Shown one piece after another: positions 30,242 to 39,369 of a DNA stretch of 64,000 bases (position 1 is its first letter; every line of letters starts with the position of its first letter). The position numbers and the translations under genes were made by a program. Source of the stretch: Polyangiales bacterium (GTDB taxonomy: Bacteria; Myxococcota_A; Polyangia; Polyangiales; Polyangiaceae); assembly GCA_038231275.1 (NCBI GenBank), contig JBBRLQ010000008.1, positions 128,001 to 192,000 of the forward strand. The letters run 5' to 3'. The notes beneath the pieces were generated by a model. The model ran no database searches and had not been told where the DNA came from. It saw nothing but the letters and a program-made list of their open reading frames with translations.

Positions 30242-30435
30242 CGGTCGGCCGCGGGGCGGCCGGGTCGAGTTGGGGGTGCTCACGGACCTCTTGGGCTTAG
30301 CATAATCGAGAGTTTGCACGCGGGGACGACGAAGTTGGCGAAGAGCTCCCGCGCGCACTTCGTTCGCAGGCGCTCGTGTAGGGAAACGGCAAATTGTTGC
30401 GAGTTTTTGCGCGAAGGCTGGGGTAGCGTGGCTGC

Positions 30436-32430
30436 GTGAACGCACCTCAGGTGGGGAGGCGGCCCACGCAGGCCGCGAGGCTGCTGCGACGCGGGCGAGG
30501 GATCGGCGGGGCGGACATCGCGCTCGCGGTGCTCGTCGTGTCGGTCGTCGCGATGATGATCGTGCCGTTGCCGACGTGGCTGCTCGACATTCTCCTCGCG
30601 ACGAACCTCTCGATGGCGGTCGCCATTCTGCTCGTCGTCCTCTACGTCCCGGACGCGCTCGCGATCGCGACGTTCCCGACCGTGCTGTTGCTCACGACGT
30701 TGTTCCGGCTCGCCCTGAACGTGTCGTCGGTGCGCCTCATCTTGCTTCAAGCGGACGCGGGGCAGGTCATCTACGCGTTCGGCAATTTCGTCGTGCGCGG
30801 CAACTACGTCGTCGGCGCCGTCATTTTCTTGATCCTGACGATCATCCAGTTCGTCGTCATCGCGAAGGGCTCCGAGCGCGTCGCCGAGGTGGCCGCGCGC
30901 TTCGTGCTCGACGCGATGCCCGGCAAGCAGATGGCGATCGACGCGGAGCTGCGGTCGGGGACCATCGATGGCGGCGAGGCCCGGCGGCGGCGGCGATCTC
31001 TCTCGCGCGAGAGTCAGTTCTACGGCGCGATGGATGGCGCGATGAAGTTCGTGAAGGGGGACGTGATCGCGTCGCTCATCATCACGGTCATCAACATCTT
31101 GGGCGGCCTCGCGATCGGCGTAGGGCAGAAGGGCCTGCCGGTCGTCGACGCCCTCAAGCGCTACGGCCTCCTCACGATCGGCGACGGGCTCGTGTCGCAG
31201 ATCCCCGCGTTGATCTTGTCGACGGCGGCCGGCGTGCTCGTCACGCGAACGGCGAGCGAAGAGCCCGACACCCCGCTCGGCGAGGAGCTCGCGCGGCACC
31301 TCTTCGGCATTCCGCGCGCGCTGCGGGTCGCGTCGGTGTTCATCTTCGGCCTGGCGCTCGTGCCGGGCTTGCCGACCTGGCCGTTCCTCGTCCTCGCGGT
31401 GCTCCTTTTCTGGGCGGCGCAGTCGCGCGCGAAGCAGCTCGCGCGCGAGGGGGAGCGGCAGGAGACCGAGCCGGCCGCGCAGCCGCAGACCAAGAAGGGC
31501 CCGCATTTCGTGCCGCTCGTCGTGCCGTGGAGCGTGGAGGTGAGCGACGATCTCGAGCCGCTGCTCGATCGCCTGGACGACGCGGGCGAAGCGGACGGAA
31601 TCCGCGCGCGCGTGCTCGGTCTGCGCGAGCGACTCTTCGGCGAGCTTGGCGTTCCTCTCCCCTCCCCTCGCGTCCGCGCCGCGGCTGCGGGTGCGCTGCC
31701 CGCGCGTCACGTCGTCCTCGCGCTGCACGAGGTGCCGGCGCGCGTGCTCGCGATCCCCAAGGAGCTCCCGGACGCGCAGGTCGCGCTCTATGTCGAGGCG
31801 GAGGCGGCGGAGCTCCTGCGCGCGCGCGCAGCGGACTTCCTCGGCCTCGCGGAGACGCAACGCTTGCTCGACGAGCTCGAGCAGTTCGCGCCGGCGACCG
31901 TACGCAACGTCGTGCCCAAGCCGGTGACTCTGACGCTGCTCGCCGACGTGCTTCGCCGCCTGCTGGAAGAGCGGATCCCGGTCCGCGATCTGAAGGCGAT
32001 CCTCGAGGCACTGGCGACGGTCGCCTCGATCGAGAAAGACCCGCTGAACCTCGCGGAGTTCGTGCGCGGGCAAATGCGCCGCGCGATCACCTACCGCCTA
32101 ACGCGCGGCGCCCCGCAGCTCGGTGTCATCTTGCTCGACGGCACGATCGAAGACTCCGTCCGGCGCGCCGTGACACGAACCCCGAACGGCGCCTTCCTCA
32201 CCCTCCCGCCCGCCGCCGCGCGCGACCTGATCGCCGCCATCCGCCGCGCCCTCGGCGAAGCCAACGTAACCAGCGGCGCAATCCTCCTCACGCAACCCGA
32301 CATCCGCCGCTTCGTACGAAAGCTGATCGACGTGGAGATCCCGGACGCGACGGTGGTCAGCTTCGCGGAGCTCTTGCCGGAAGTCGCGCTGAGACCGCTC
32401 GCGAGGGCGAACCTGATCGGAATCGGCTAA
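30436..32430 (+). CDS. FHIPEP-family export gate protein (FlhA/SctV)
   Basis: FPTVLLLTTLFRLALNVSS, KGSERVAEVAARFVLDAMPGKQMAIDAEL, FYGAMDGAMKFVKGD and LTIGDGLVSQIP motifs. Confidence 0.93.
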   Translation: MNAPQVGRRPTQAARLLRRGRGIGGADIALAVLVVSVVAMMIVPLPTWLLDILLATNLSMAVAILLVVLYVPDALAIATFPTVLLLTTLFRLALNVSSVRLILLQADAGQVIYAFGNFVVRGNYVVGAVIFLILTIIQFVVIAKGSERVAEVAARFVLDAMPGKQMAIDAELRSGTIDGGEARRRRRSLSRESQFYGAMDGAMKFVKGDVIASLIITVINILGGLAIGVGQKGLPVVDALKRYGLLTIGDGLVSQIPALILSTAAGVLVTRTASEEPDTPLGEELARHLFGIPRALRVASVFIFGLALVPGLPTWPFLVLAVLLFWAAQSRAKQLAREGERQETEPAAQPQTKKGPHFVPLVVPWSVEVSDDLEPLLDRLDDAGEADGIRARVLGLRERLFGELGVPLPSPRVRAAAAGALPARHVVLALHEVPARVLAIPKELPDAQVALYVEAEAAELLRARAADFLGLAETQRLLDELEQFAPATVRNVVPKPVTLTLLADVLRRLLEERIPVRDLKAILEALATVASIEKDPLNLAEFVRGQMRRAITYRLTRGAPQLGVILLDGTIEDSVRRAVTRTPNGAFLTLPPAAARDLIAAIRRALGEANVTSGAILLTQPDIRRFVRKLIDVEIPDATVVSFAELLPEVALRPLARANLIGIG

Positions 32431-32469
32431 CGCGACCGCGACCACGACCGCAACCGCGACCGCCGACCG
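32431..32469. repeat. Intergenic degenerate (CGCGAC)n array between convergent genes
   Basis: CGCGACCGCGACCACGACCGCAACCGCGACCGCCGACC. Confidence 0.6.
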
Positions 32470-33294
32470 TTACCCCCCGCGCGGCACCCGCCCCGCCACC
32501 ACCGGCACCATCCACACCGCATACCGCGCCGGGTCCCTCACGAACCCAATCATCCCCTCGAACGCCGCCGTCGCCTCTTCTCTCGTGAACCGCGAATACT
32601 TCGCGATCGGCTCCACATACCCATCCCGCCACGCCTCGAGGATCGTCGCAAAAATCTCCCTCTCCACGCGCACCGTGTCCACGACCACATACTCGACCGT
32701 GACCTCCTCGAGCCCCAGCGCCCGCAAATGCCCAAACGCGTGCCGCCCGACGAACAGGTCCGTCCCCGTCGCTGCGCCGAAGCTCGCCGGCCCCTCCCTC
32801 CAGAACGCGTCGACGTGCCGGTCGCCGGTCGGGAAGTGCAGCATCCCGTAGTCCTCTGCGATGAGGTGCATCCACCCGCCCGGCTTGGTCACCCGCCGCA
32901 GCTCCCTCACGACCTGATCCGCGTGCGGGATCGACTGCAGCACGTGACGGCACACCGTCAGATCGTACGTCGCATCCGCCACAGGCAGCTCGAAGATGCT
33001 CCCCTGCGCAAACGACAGCCGGGGGGCGAGCGACGCATGACGCTCCCTAGCGAGCTCCAGCGGCGCATCCAGGATGTCGACCCCCAGCACCTCGGCCAGC
33101 GGAAACATCCGTGCGATGCGCGACGAAATCTCCCCCGTTCCACACCCCGCATCGAGCACGCGCAGCGCGCCCTTCAGTCCGTACCGCGCGACGAGCGCCT
33201 CCTCCTGCGGCCAGATCGCCCGCGCTTGCGCCTCAAGCGTCCGAACCATCGACTCCGACTCCATCTGATCCCGCTGCGGATTGAGGTCGCTCAT
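32470..33294 (-). CDS. Class I SAM-dependent methyltransferase
   Basis: VLDAGCGTG, YDLTVC and LRRVTKPGG motifs. Confidence 0.88.
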   Translation of the reverse strand: MSDLNPQRDQMESESMVRTLEAQARAIWPQEEALVARYGLKGALRVLDAGCGTGEISSRIARMFPLAEVLGVDILDAPLELARERHASLAPRLSFAQGSIFELPVADATYDLTVCRHVLQSIPHADQVVRELRRVTKPGGWMHLIAEDYGMLHFPTGDRHVDAFWREGPASFGAATGTDLFVGRHAFGHLRALGLEEVTVEYVVVDTVRVEREIFATILEAWRDGYVEPIAKYSRFTREEATAAFEGMIGFVRDPARYAVWMVPVVAGRVPRGG

Positions 33295-33303
33295 CGTGGT
33301 CCC

Positions 33304-34218
33304 CTACAGCCTCTGCCGCACCATCTTCCGGGGGACGGCGCCCATCTTCATCGCCAGCTGCCGCGCCTCGCGCTCCAGCATCGGATGAATCTTCTTCGCC
33401 CCCACGAACATCCCCAGGAGATGCGGGTTCAGGTCGGCGAGCTTCTTCAGGGCGCGCGCCGCCCCCTTCATGTCGTTCGCGCCCGCATACGCAAAAGCCC
33501 GCGCTCGCCACATCTGCGGTCGCAGCTCCCCGTACTCCGGATCCTCGGGGTTGAAGAGCTCGAGCGTCTCGACCGCCTTCTTCGCGTCGCCGGTGCGCGC
33601 CCACGCCTCGCTCGCCACCGTCGCGAACATCGCGCGCGCCTTCGCATCTTGCTGCTTGGACAGATCCAGTTTCTCGGCGAGCTGCCGCGCCTCGCTCGTC
33701 TCGCCCAGCGTCAGGTGGATCATCGCGCGCATCGCCCGGAGCTGGCTGCCGAGCCCCGGCGTCCGGACCTTCTCGGCGTCGACCGACTCGAGCGTCGCGA
33801 GGGCCTTGCGCGGGTCCTCCTGCATCTCGAGCTGAGCGCGCGCGAGGATGGCTTGCGCGTCGTCCTTCTTGAAGTCGGTCTCGAGCTTCTTCAGCGCTTC
33901 TTTGCGGCCCTCGTCGGTGTCCGCGCCGCGGAGCAGCGCGCCGAGCTCCTGCGATCGCTTCACGTACCGGACGAGCCAGATGCCGACGCCGATGACGACG
34001 AGCGTGAGGCCGACCATCACGTACAGGGGGATGAGCGAGCGGCTCCATGACCAGACGCCGACCGCCAGCGCCCACGCGACCGCGAGGATCAGCCCGACGC
34101 GCGTGTAGGTCTGCTTCAGATCGAACGGGGGCTTCTCGGCGGCCGCGGGATCGCCTTTGGTGAGCTCGCGCAGCTCCTTTTGGACCTCCGCCTGGTTCTT
34201 CTTCTTCTTGCTGGCCAC
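33304..34218 (-). CDS. Membrane-anchored TPR-like hypothetical protein
   Basis: Two N-terminal TM helices followed by helical repeats; host-like codon usage. Confidence 0.7.
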   Translation of the reverse strand: MASKKKKNQAEVQKELRELTKGDPAAAEKPPFDLKQTYTRVGLILAVAWALAVGVWSWSRSLIPLYVMVGLTLVVIGVGIWLVRYVKRSQELGALLRGADTDEGRKEALKKLETDFKKDDAQAILARAQLEMQEDPRKALATLESVDAEKVRTPGLGSQLRAMRAMIHLTLGETSEARQLAEKLDLSKQQDAKARAMFATVASEAWARTGDAKKAVETLELFNPEDPEYGELRPQMWRARAFAYAGANDMKGAARALKKLADLNPHLLGMFVGAKKIHPMLEREARQLAMKMGAVPRKMVRQRL

Positions 34219-34233
34219 GGCACGCCGTCTACT

Positions 34234-35535
34234 TCATTGCGCTCCGCCGCGCAAATCACGCGGCGCAAGACTGTCGGGGGGCATCACGCCCTGGAACTCC
34301 GGATCGGCGTCGTGCACGACCTGGCGAAAGTGCAAAAACAGGGTCTGCGCGATCGACATGCATGGAACCGCCAAGAGCGCGCCGACGGTGTGGAAGAAGT
34401 GCTCGCCGACGAGGAGCGAGAAGATGACGAGGACCGGGTGGATCTTTGCGGCGTCGCCCATGATCTTGGGATTCAAGAAATTCGCCTCGAGCTGGTGGAT
34501 GCCGAGGATCCAGACCAGCACGAACGCAGCCGTACCCACCGACTGCGTGAGCCCCAACGCCACCGCGGGCACGGCGCTCACGATGGCGCCGAAGATCGGG
34601 ATGAGCGAGAGCACGGTCGCAATGAGCGCCATCACCGGCCAGTACTTGAGGCCAACGATCGCGAAGCCGACCGCGCTGAGCGCGCCGTTGACGAGGCAGA
34701 TGATGAGCTGACCGCGCACGACCCCGGAGAGGCCCTTGTCCATGCGCTGGAGGAGCCGATCGAAGGAACCGCGCCGCCGCGGCCGCACCATCGTGCCGAA
34801 GAACGCGAGGATCTTCTCGCGCGTCAGCATCATGTACGCGGCGAGCATCAGCGTGATGCCGAAGATGAAGACCGCGCGGCTCACGCCGGCCACGATGTCG
34901 CGCCCGATCTTGGCCAGCTCCATCGCGTTGTTCTGCGCGTAGGCGAAGCTCTTACCGACGGCCTCACCGATGACGCGGTTGGCGTCGAACGGCTCCTCGC
35001 GGTGCGCGTGCGCAGGCTCGATCACGTAGCCGCCCTGCCGCGTGGGGATGACGACGAAGCCGCTGCCCACGTCGATCGCCACGGTCCCGTCGGGTTGCGG
35101 GCGCGCGACGACGGCCGGCGCATTCTCGGCCCGCGCGTGCGCGACAGGCGCGGAGGGATCGGGCTCCGGCGCGGTCGGGGGCATCACACCGAACGCGCGC
35201 AGGCGCTCTTGCATCGCAGGGACCCACTCGGTCTGCGCGCGCTTGGCCACCTGCGGCAGCTCCCGCCGCAAATTCGCGAGCTCCTGCCCGACGCGCGGGG
35301 CCGCGAGGCTGACGAGCGTTCCCAGCGTGCCGAGGACGACCACGTACACCGTCACGATCGCGAGACCGCGCCTGAGCCCTTTGCCCTCGGCCCACGCGAC
35401 GAGCGGCGTCAGCACGTACGCGATGACGAGCGCCAGCACGAACGGCAAGAGGACGTCCCGCGCGACCAGAATGATCGCGAGCGCGACGGCGGCGCTCACC
35501 GACAAGAAGACGATCCGCTGCGCGCGTACGCTCAC
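34234..35535 (-). CDS. AI-2E (PerM/UPF0118) family transporter
   Basis: LLPFVLALVIAYVL.P, VRGQL, IPIFG, LE.NFL.PKIMG and G.LLAVP motifs. Confidence 0.88.
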   Translation of the reverse strand: MSVRAQRIVFLSVSAAVALAIILVARDVLLPFVLALVIAYVLTPLVAWAEGKGLRRGLAIVTVYVVVLGTLGTLVSLAAPRVGQELANLRRELPQVAKRAQTEWVPAMQERLRAFGVMPPTAPEPDPSAPVAHARAENAPAVVARPQPDGTVAIDVGSGFVVIPTRQGGYVIEPAHAHREEPFDANRVIGEAVGKSFAYAQNNAMELAKIGRDIVAGVSRAVFIFGITLMLAAYMMLTREKILAFFGTMVRPRRRGSFDRLLQRMDKGLSGVVRGQLIICLVNGALSAVGFAIVGLKYWPVMALIATVLSLIPIFGAIVSAVPAVALGLTQSVGTAAFVLVWILGIHQLEANFLNPKIMGDAAKIHPVLVIFSLLVGEHFFHTVGALLAVPCMSIAQTLFLHFRQVVHDADPEFQGVMPPDSLAPRDLRGGAQ

Positions 35536-36050
35536 GGGAGCGGCCCCTTCATGCCCGGCAGCGGCTCGAAGGCCGGGCGCAGGCGCTTCCACGAGGCCTC
35601 GAGGTGCTCGGGAATGATGCGCGTATTGGCGAGGACCGGCATGAAGCTATTGTCTCCGTTCCAGCGCGGCACCACGTGCGCGTGCAGGTGATCCGCGATC
35701 CCGGCACCGCCCGCGCGTCCGAGGTTCATCCCGACGTTCATCCCCTCGGGGTGGCTCGCCCCTTCGAGCACGCGCAGTGAGTCGCGGAGAAGGCGCATGA
35801 GCCCGTCGTACTCCTCGTCCTTCAAGTCTTCGAGCTTCGCGACGTGACGCCGCGGCACGATCAAGAGATGCCCCGGCGCGAACGGATACCGGTTCAAGCA
35901 CACGAACGCGTGCGGCTGCACGAGGAGGACGAGGTCCTCACGAAAGTGCTCGGGCCCTCGCTCGGGAAACGCACAGAAGATGCAGCCGCTCCGATCCTTC
36001 AAGGACAGGATGTACTCCATTCTCCACGGCGCCCAGAGCGTGTCGGTCAT
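35532..36050 (-). CDS. HIT family hydrolase
   Basis: LWAPWRMEYI, CIFC, GH.LIVP and HLHAHVVPRW motifs. Confidence 0.9.
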   Translation of the reverse strand: MTDTLWAPWRMEYILSLKDRSGCIFCAFPERGPEHFREDLVLLVQPHAFVCLNRYPFAPGHLLIVPRRHVAKLEDLKDEEYDGLMRLLRDSLRVLEGASHPEGMNVGMNLGRAGGAGIADHLHAHVVPRWNGDNSFMPVLANTRIIPEHLEASWKRLRPAFEPLPGMKGPLP

Positions 36051-36080
36051 GACGGAGCGGGAGTGTAGACCTCGATGTAC

Positions 36081-36123
36081 AAAAAGACGACGGCGGCGAG
36101 CCCGTAGACCCGCCGCCGTCATC
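36081..36123 (-). terminator. Rho-independent terminator after rpsA
   Basis: GACGGCGGCG/CGCCGCCGTC stem followed on the minus strand by TTTTT. Confidence 0.75.
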
Positions 36124-36137
36124 AGGCTCGTGGAGCC

Positions 36138-37910
36138 TTACTCTTTGTCCTTCTCGCCGAGGCCCAGCTTGTCGCCGAGCTTCTGCTTGATGAGGTCGCC
36201 GATCGAGCCGCCCGCCTTCGCCTCTTCGGCGCTGGGGGCCTTCTTCGGGGCCTTCGACTCACGCTTCGGGCCACCCTCACGGGCTGCAGCCGCCGGCGTC
36301 GCGACCGCCTCGCCCACGCGCATGCTGAGCGTGAGGCGACGGTCCTGCGAGTCGATGTTGGCGATCTCGGCCTTGAGCTCGTCGCCGATCTTGAGGGCGT
36401 TGCCCTCGCCTTCGTTCTCGACGATTTCACCGGTCGGGATGAGCCCCTCCACACCCTCGCGGATGCGGACGAACATGCCGTAGTCGACGATCGAGACGAC
36501 CTTCGCCGAGACCTGCTTCCCCGGGGGGAGCTCGGAGAAGATGGTCGGCCACGGATCGTCCCAGAGCTGCTTCACGCCCAGGCTGACCTTCTTCTCGTCG
36601 TGGTTGATCGAGAGGATGATGGCCTCGACGTCGTCGCCCTTGTGGAACATGTCGGCGGGGTTATTGACCTTCGCCGTCCACGAGAGATCGCTCTTGTGGA
36701 CCATGCCGTCGACGCCCTCTTCGATGCCGATGAACACGCCGTAGTCGGTGAGCGAGCGGACCTTGCCGCCGATCTTGTCACCCGGCTTGTACTTCTCGGT
36801 GAAGAGCGTCCAGGGATCGGGCTCGAGCTGCTTGAGCCCGAGGCTGATGCGCTTGGACTTCGCGTCGACCTCGAGGACCTGGCAATCCAGCTCCTGACCG
36901 ACCTCGAGCAGCTTCGACGGGTGCTTGACCTTCTTGGTCCAGCTCATTTCGCTGACGTGGATGAGGCCTTCGACGCCCGGCTCCAGCTCGACGAACGCGC
37001 CGTAGTCGGTGATCGACATGACCTTGCCGTGCACCTTCTTGCCCGGCGGGAACGCCTCTTCGGCGTGGTTCCAGGGATCTTCCTGGGTCTGCTTGAGGCC
37101 GAGGCTCACGCGCTCGGTCTCGGCGTTGTACTTGAGGACCTTCACGGTCACTTCGTCGCCGACCTGGAACACCTCGGACGGGTGATTCACACGGCCCCAC
37201 GACATGTCCGTGATGTGGAGGAGGCCATCGATGCCGCCGAGGTCCACGAACGCGCCGTACTCGGTGATGTTCTTGATGACGCCCTTGACGACCTTGCCCT
37301 CCTCGAGGGTCTGGAGCGTCTGGCTCTTGATTTGGTCCCGCTCCTTCTCGAGAAGGACGCGGCGCGAGAGGACGATGTTCCCGCGCTTCTTGTTGAACTT
37401 GATGACCTTGAATTGGTAGGTCTGTCCGATCAACTTGTCCAAGTTGCGAATCGGGCGGAGGTCGACCTGCGACCCCGGGAGGAACGCCTTCACGCCGCCG
37501 CGGATGGTGACGGACAAGCCGCCCTTCACGCGCTGCGAGATGGTCCCTTCGATGAGCTCGTCGCGCTCGCACGCGCTCGAGATCTCATCCCACACCTTCA
37601 TCTTGTCGGCCTTCTCCTTGGAGAGGGTGACAAGGCCGTCGTCGTTCTCGCGGCTCTCGATGTAGACGTCGATGCGATCGCCGGCTTTGACGCTGATCAC
37701 GCCGGCTGCGTCGGCGAACTCGTTCAAGGGGATGATCCCCTCGCTCTTGCCGCCGATGTCGATGACCACGTTGTCGCGCTGGACGGCGACGATGGTCCCT
37801 TGGACGATCTCTCCCTCTTTGCCGAAGTCGCCACTTTGGATGGAGGCCTCGAAGAGAGCGGCGAAGGAGTCCATGCCTCCGCCCGATTGCTGGGTCGTTT
37901 GGTTTGCCAT
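36138..37910 (-). CDS. rpsA: 30S ribosomal protein S1
   Basis: Repeated S1 domains (AFLPGSQVD, YGAFVDLGGIDGLLHITDMSW, RISLGLKQL). Confidence 0.96.
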   Translation of the reverse strand: MANQTTQQSGGGMDSFAALFEASIQSGDFGKEGEIVQGTIVAVQRDNVVIDIGGKSEGIIPLNEFADAAGVISVKAGDRIDVYIESRENDDGLVTLSKEKADKMKVWDEISSACERDELIEGTISQRVKGGLSVTIRGGVKAFLPGSQVDLRPIRNLDKLIGQTYQFKVIKFNKKRGNIVLSRRVLLEKERDQIKSQTLQTLEEGKVVKGVIKNITEYGAFVDLGGIDGLLHITDMSWGRVNHPSEVFQVGDEVTVKVLKYNAETERVSLGLKQTQEDPWNHAEEAFPPGKKVHGKVMSITDYGAFVELEPGVEGLIHVSEMSWTKKVKHPSKLLEVGQELDCQVLEVDAKSKRISLGLKQLEPDPWTLFTEKYKPGDKIGGKVRSLTDYGVFIGIEEGVDGMVHKSDLSWTAKVNNPADMFHKGDDVEAIILSINHDEKKVSLGVKQLWDDPWPTIFSELPPGKQVSAKVVSIVDYGMFVRIREGVEGLIPTGEIVENEGEGNALKIGDELKAEIANIDSQDRRLTLSMRVGEAVATPAAAAREGGPKRESKAPKKAPSAEEAKAGGSIGDLIKQKLGDKLGLGEKDKE

Positions 37911-38152
37911 TGTTTGAGAAAATCCTTCGTGTCCCGCGCAGCCTTCTGAAGCCACGGGGGGCGAGAGAGATAGCCCCTCGTCGGGCGTGTGTCAAAGGGT
38001 ACTGGCCCGGGGTTTGCTAGGCCCGGTTTCGGCCGACCTCTCGATGTTCTTTTCTCGGGGATGGCAGGCCCGCGGTGTTGGCCCCATGTTTCCCCTCGAT
38101 CCTCTCTGCGACCCAACCTGTCGGAGTGGTCGCAGTCTCGCACTGGGCATCG

Positions 38153-38482
38153 TCACTGCCGCCGGGCACGGCGTTGCCGCTCCGCCCTGGCCCTGATCCC
38201 GCTCAAGTTCCAATACGCGAGACAAAGACCGAGGACCGTTACCTCGACCCCCAGCGGCACCCACGACCACAGGAGTCGCTCCCTCAGGCTGCCGATCGGC
38301 GCCAGCACGACAGCGACGAAGCCGACGATACTCCCGATGATGGGCGTACCGGATACGTGGCGGTCCTGGTTTTTGAGAACGAGGGCTCGGTTCGCGAGTA
38401 GGGCGCCGACGCGCACGACAACGGCAAAGAGGAGGCTCAAAAGGCCCAGGACGGAAGACACAACAGCGAAGGCGATGCTCAC
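38153..38482 (-). CDS. Small membrane hypothetical protein (about 3 TM)
   Basis: Three hydrophobic segments in 109 aa; atypical codon usage. Confidence 0.45.
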   Translation of the reverse strand: MSIAFAVVSSVLGLLSLLFAVVVRVGALLANRALVLKNQDRHVSGTPIIGSIVGFVAVVLAPIGSLRERLLWSWVPLGVEVTVLGLCLAYWNLSGIRARAERQRRARRQ

Positions 38483-38729
38483 GGGAAGCCAAGGATTCCC
38501 GACCGCTTTGTGTTCCCAGGTCGCGCGCTCGGGACGCGGGTCCTCCGCTTGAACGCGGCGCGGGCGTCGCGAGCGGCATGATCCCCTCTGATTTGCTCGA
38601 CGTCCGCATCAACGGCCCCAGCTCGTGCTCCTGCACGGTCACGTCGCCGGCCATGCCGTCAACCCGCTCTACCCTTGCCTGCCCCTACGCGTGAACGCGC
38701 CAGCCGAAACGGCTTGCGACCACGAATGG

Positions 38730-39050
38730 TCAGCCGCCGAGCGGCACGTACCCGATCCGCGGCGTGTCCGTGAACGTGCCCCACATGCGGCTGTACTCGA
38801 GCCACACCTCCACGGCGCAGCCGGCGGTCGCGGTGACCGAGTAGCGCTTCTCGCGCCGGACGAGCGCGTCGAGCGTCGCGACGACCAGGTACGGCCCCGG
38901 GACGACCGGGAACCGGAGGTCGAAGCCGCTCTTGAAGCCTCCCGCGTATGCGCACCACCCATTCACGTGCACGAGTACGCGCGGGTCGTTGAGGAAGAAC
39001 CCGGGGGACGGAAAGGCGACGCGCATCCACGCGGGCGCGGCGTGGATCAC
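38730..39050 (-). CDS. Hypothetical protein coupled to the RHH gene
   Basis: GTG start overlaps the RHH stop (GTGA); beta-rich 106 aa. Confidence 0.5.
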   Translation of the reverse strand: MIHAAPAWMRVAFPSPGFFLNDPRVLVHVNGWCAYAGGFKSGFDLRFPVVPGPYLVVATLDALVRREKRYSVTATAGCAVEVWLEYSRMWGTFTDTPRIGYVPLGG

Positions 39051-39301
39051 CTCGCCTTCTTCTTGGTTTTGGTCGGCTGCGTGTAAGGCTCCAACGCCTT
39101 GGCGAGATTTACCTTGCCGCCGACAGCTGCTCCCAAGCGAATCACCTGAGCCAGGTGCGCCGGAGCCCCTGCCAATTGCCGAAGCACCGAACGCAAGTAG
39201 TCCGAGGCGTTCAAGCCCTCTCGTTCGGCCAGGAGCCGGAGCAGCTTCAGCTCGTCATCGGAGAGGAGTAGATGGAAGCTGTTTTTGCGGTCGATCGCCA
39301 T
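39047..39301 (-). CDS. Ribbon-helix-helix (CopG/MobC-like) DNA-binding protein
   Basis: SFHLLLSDDELKLLRLLAEREGLNASDYLR fits the RHH strand-helix-G-helix pattern. Confidence 0.7.
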   Translation of the reverse strand: MAIDRKNSFHLLLSDDELKLLRLLAEREGLNASDYLRSVLRQLAGAPAHLAQVIRLGAAVGGKVNLAKALEPYTQPTKTKKKAR

Positions 39302-39369
39302 GGACGTAGTATGGCCGTCTCATGGACATATGACAACCATGGGCCTCGCCGGGCCGCGCCGCATGGGTC

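Noticed and set aside
37911-38150. Structured RNA or tRNA upstream of rpsA
   Set aside because: No tRNA cloverleaf or recognisable family motif by eye; an Rfam search would be needed.
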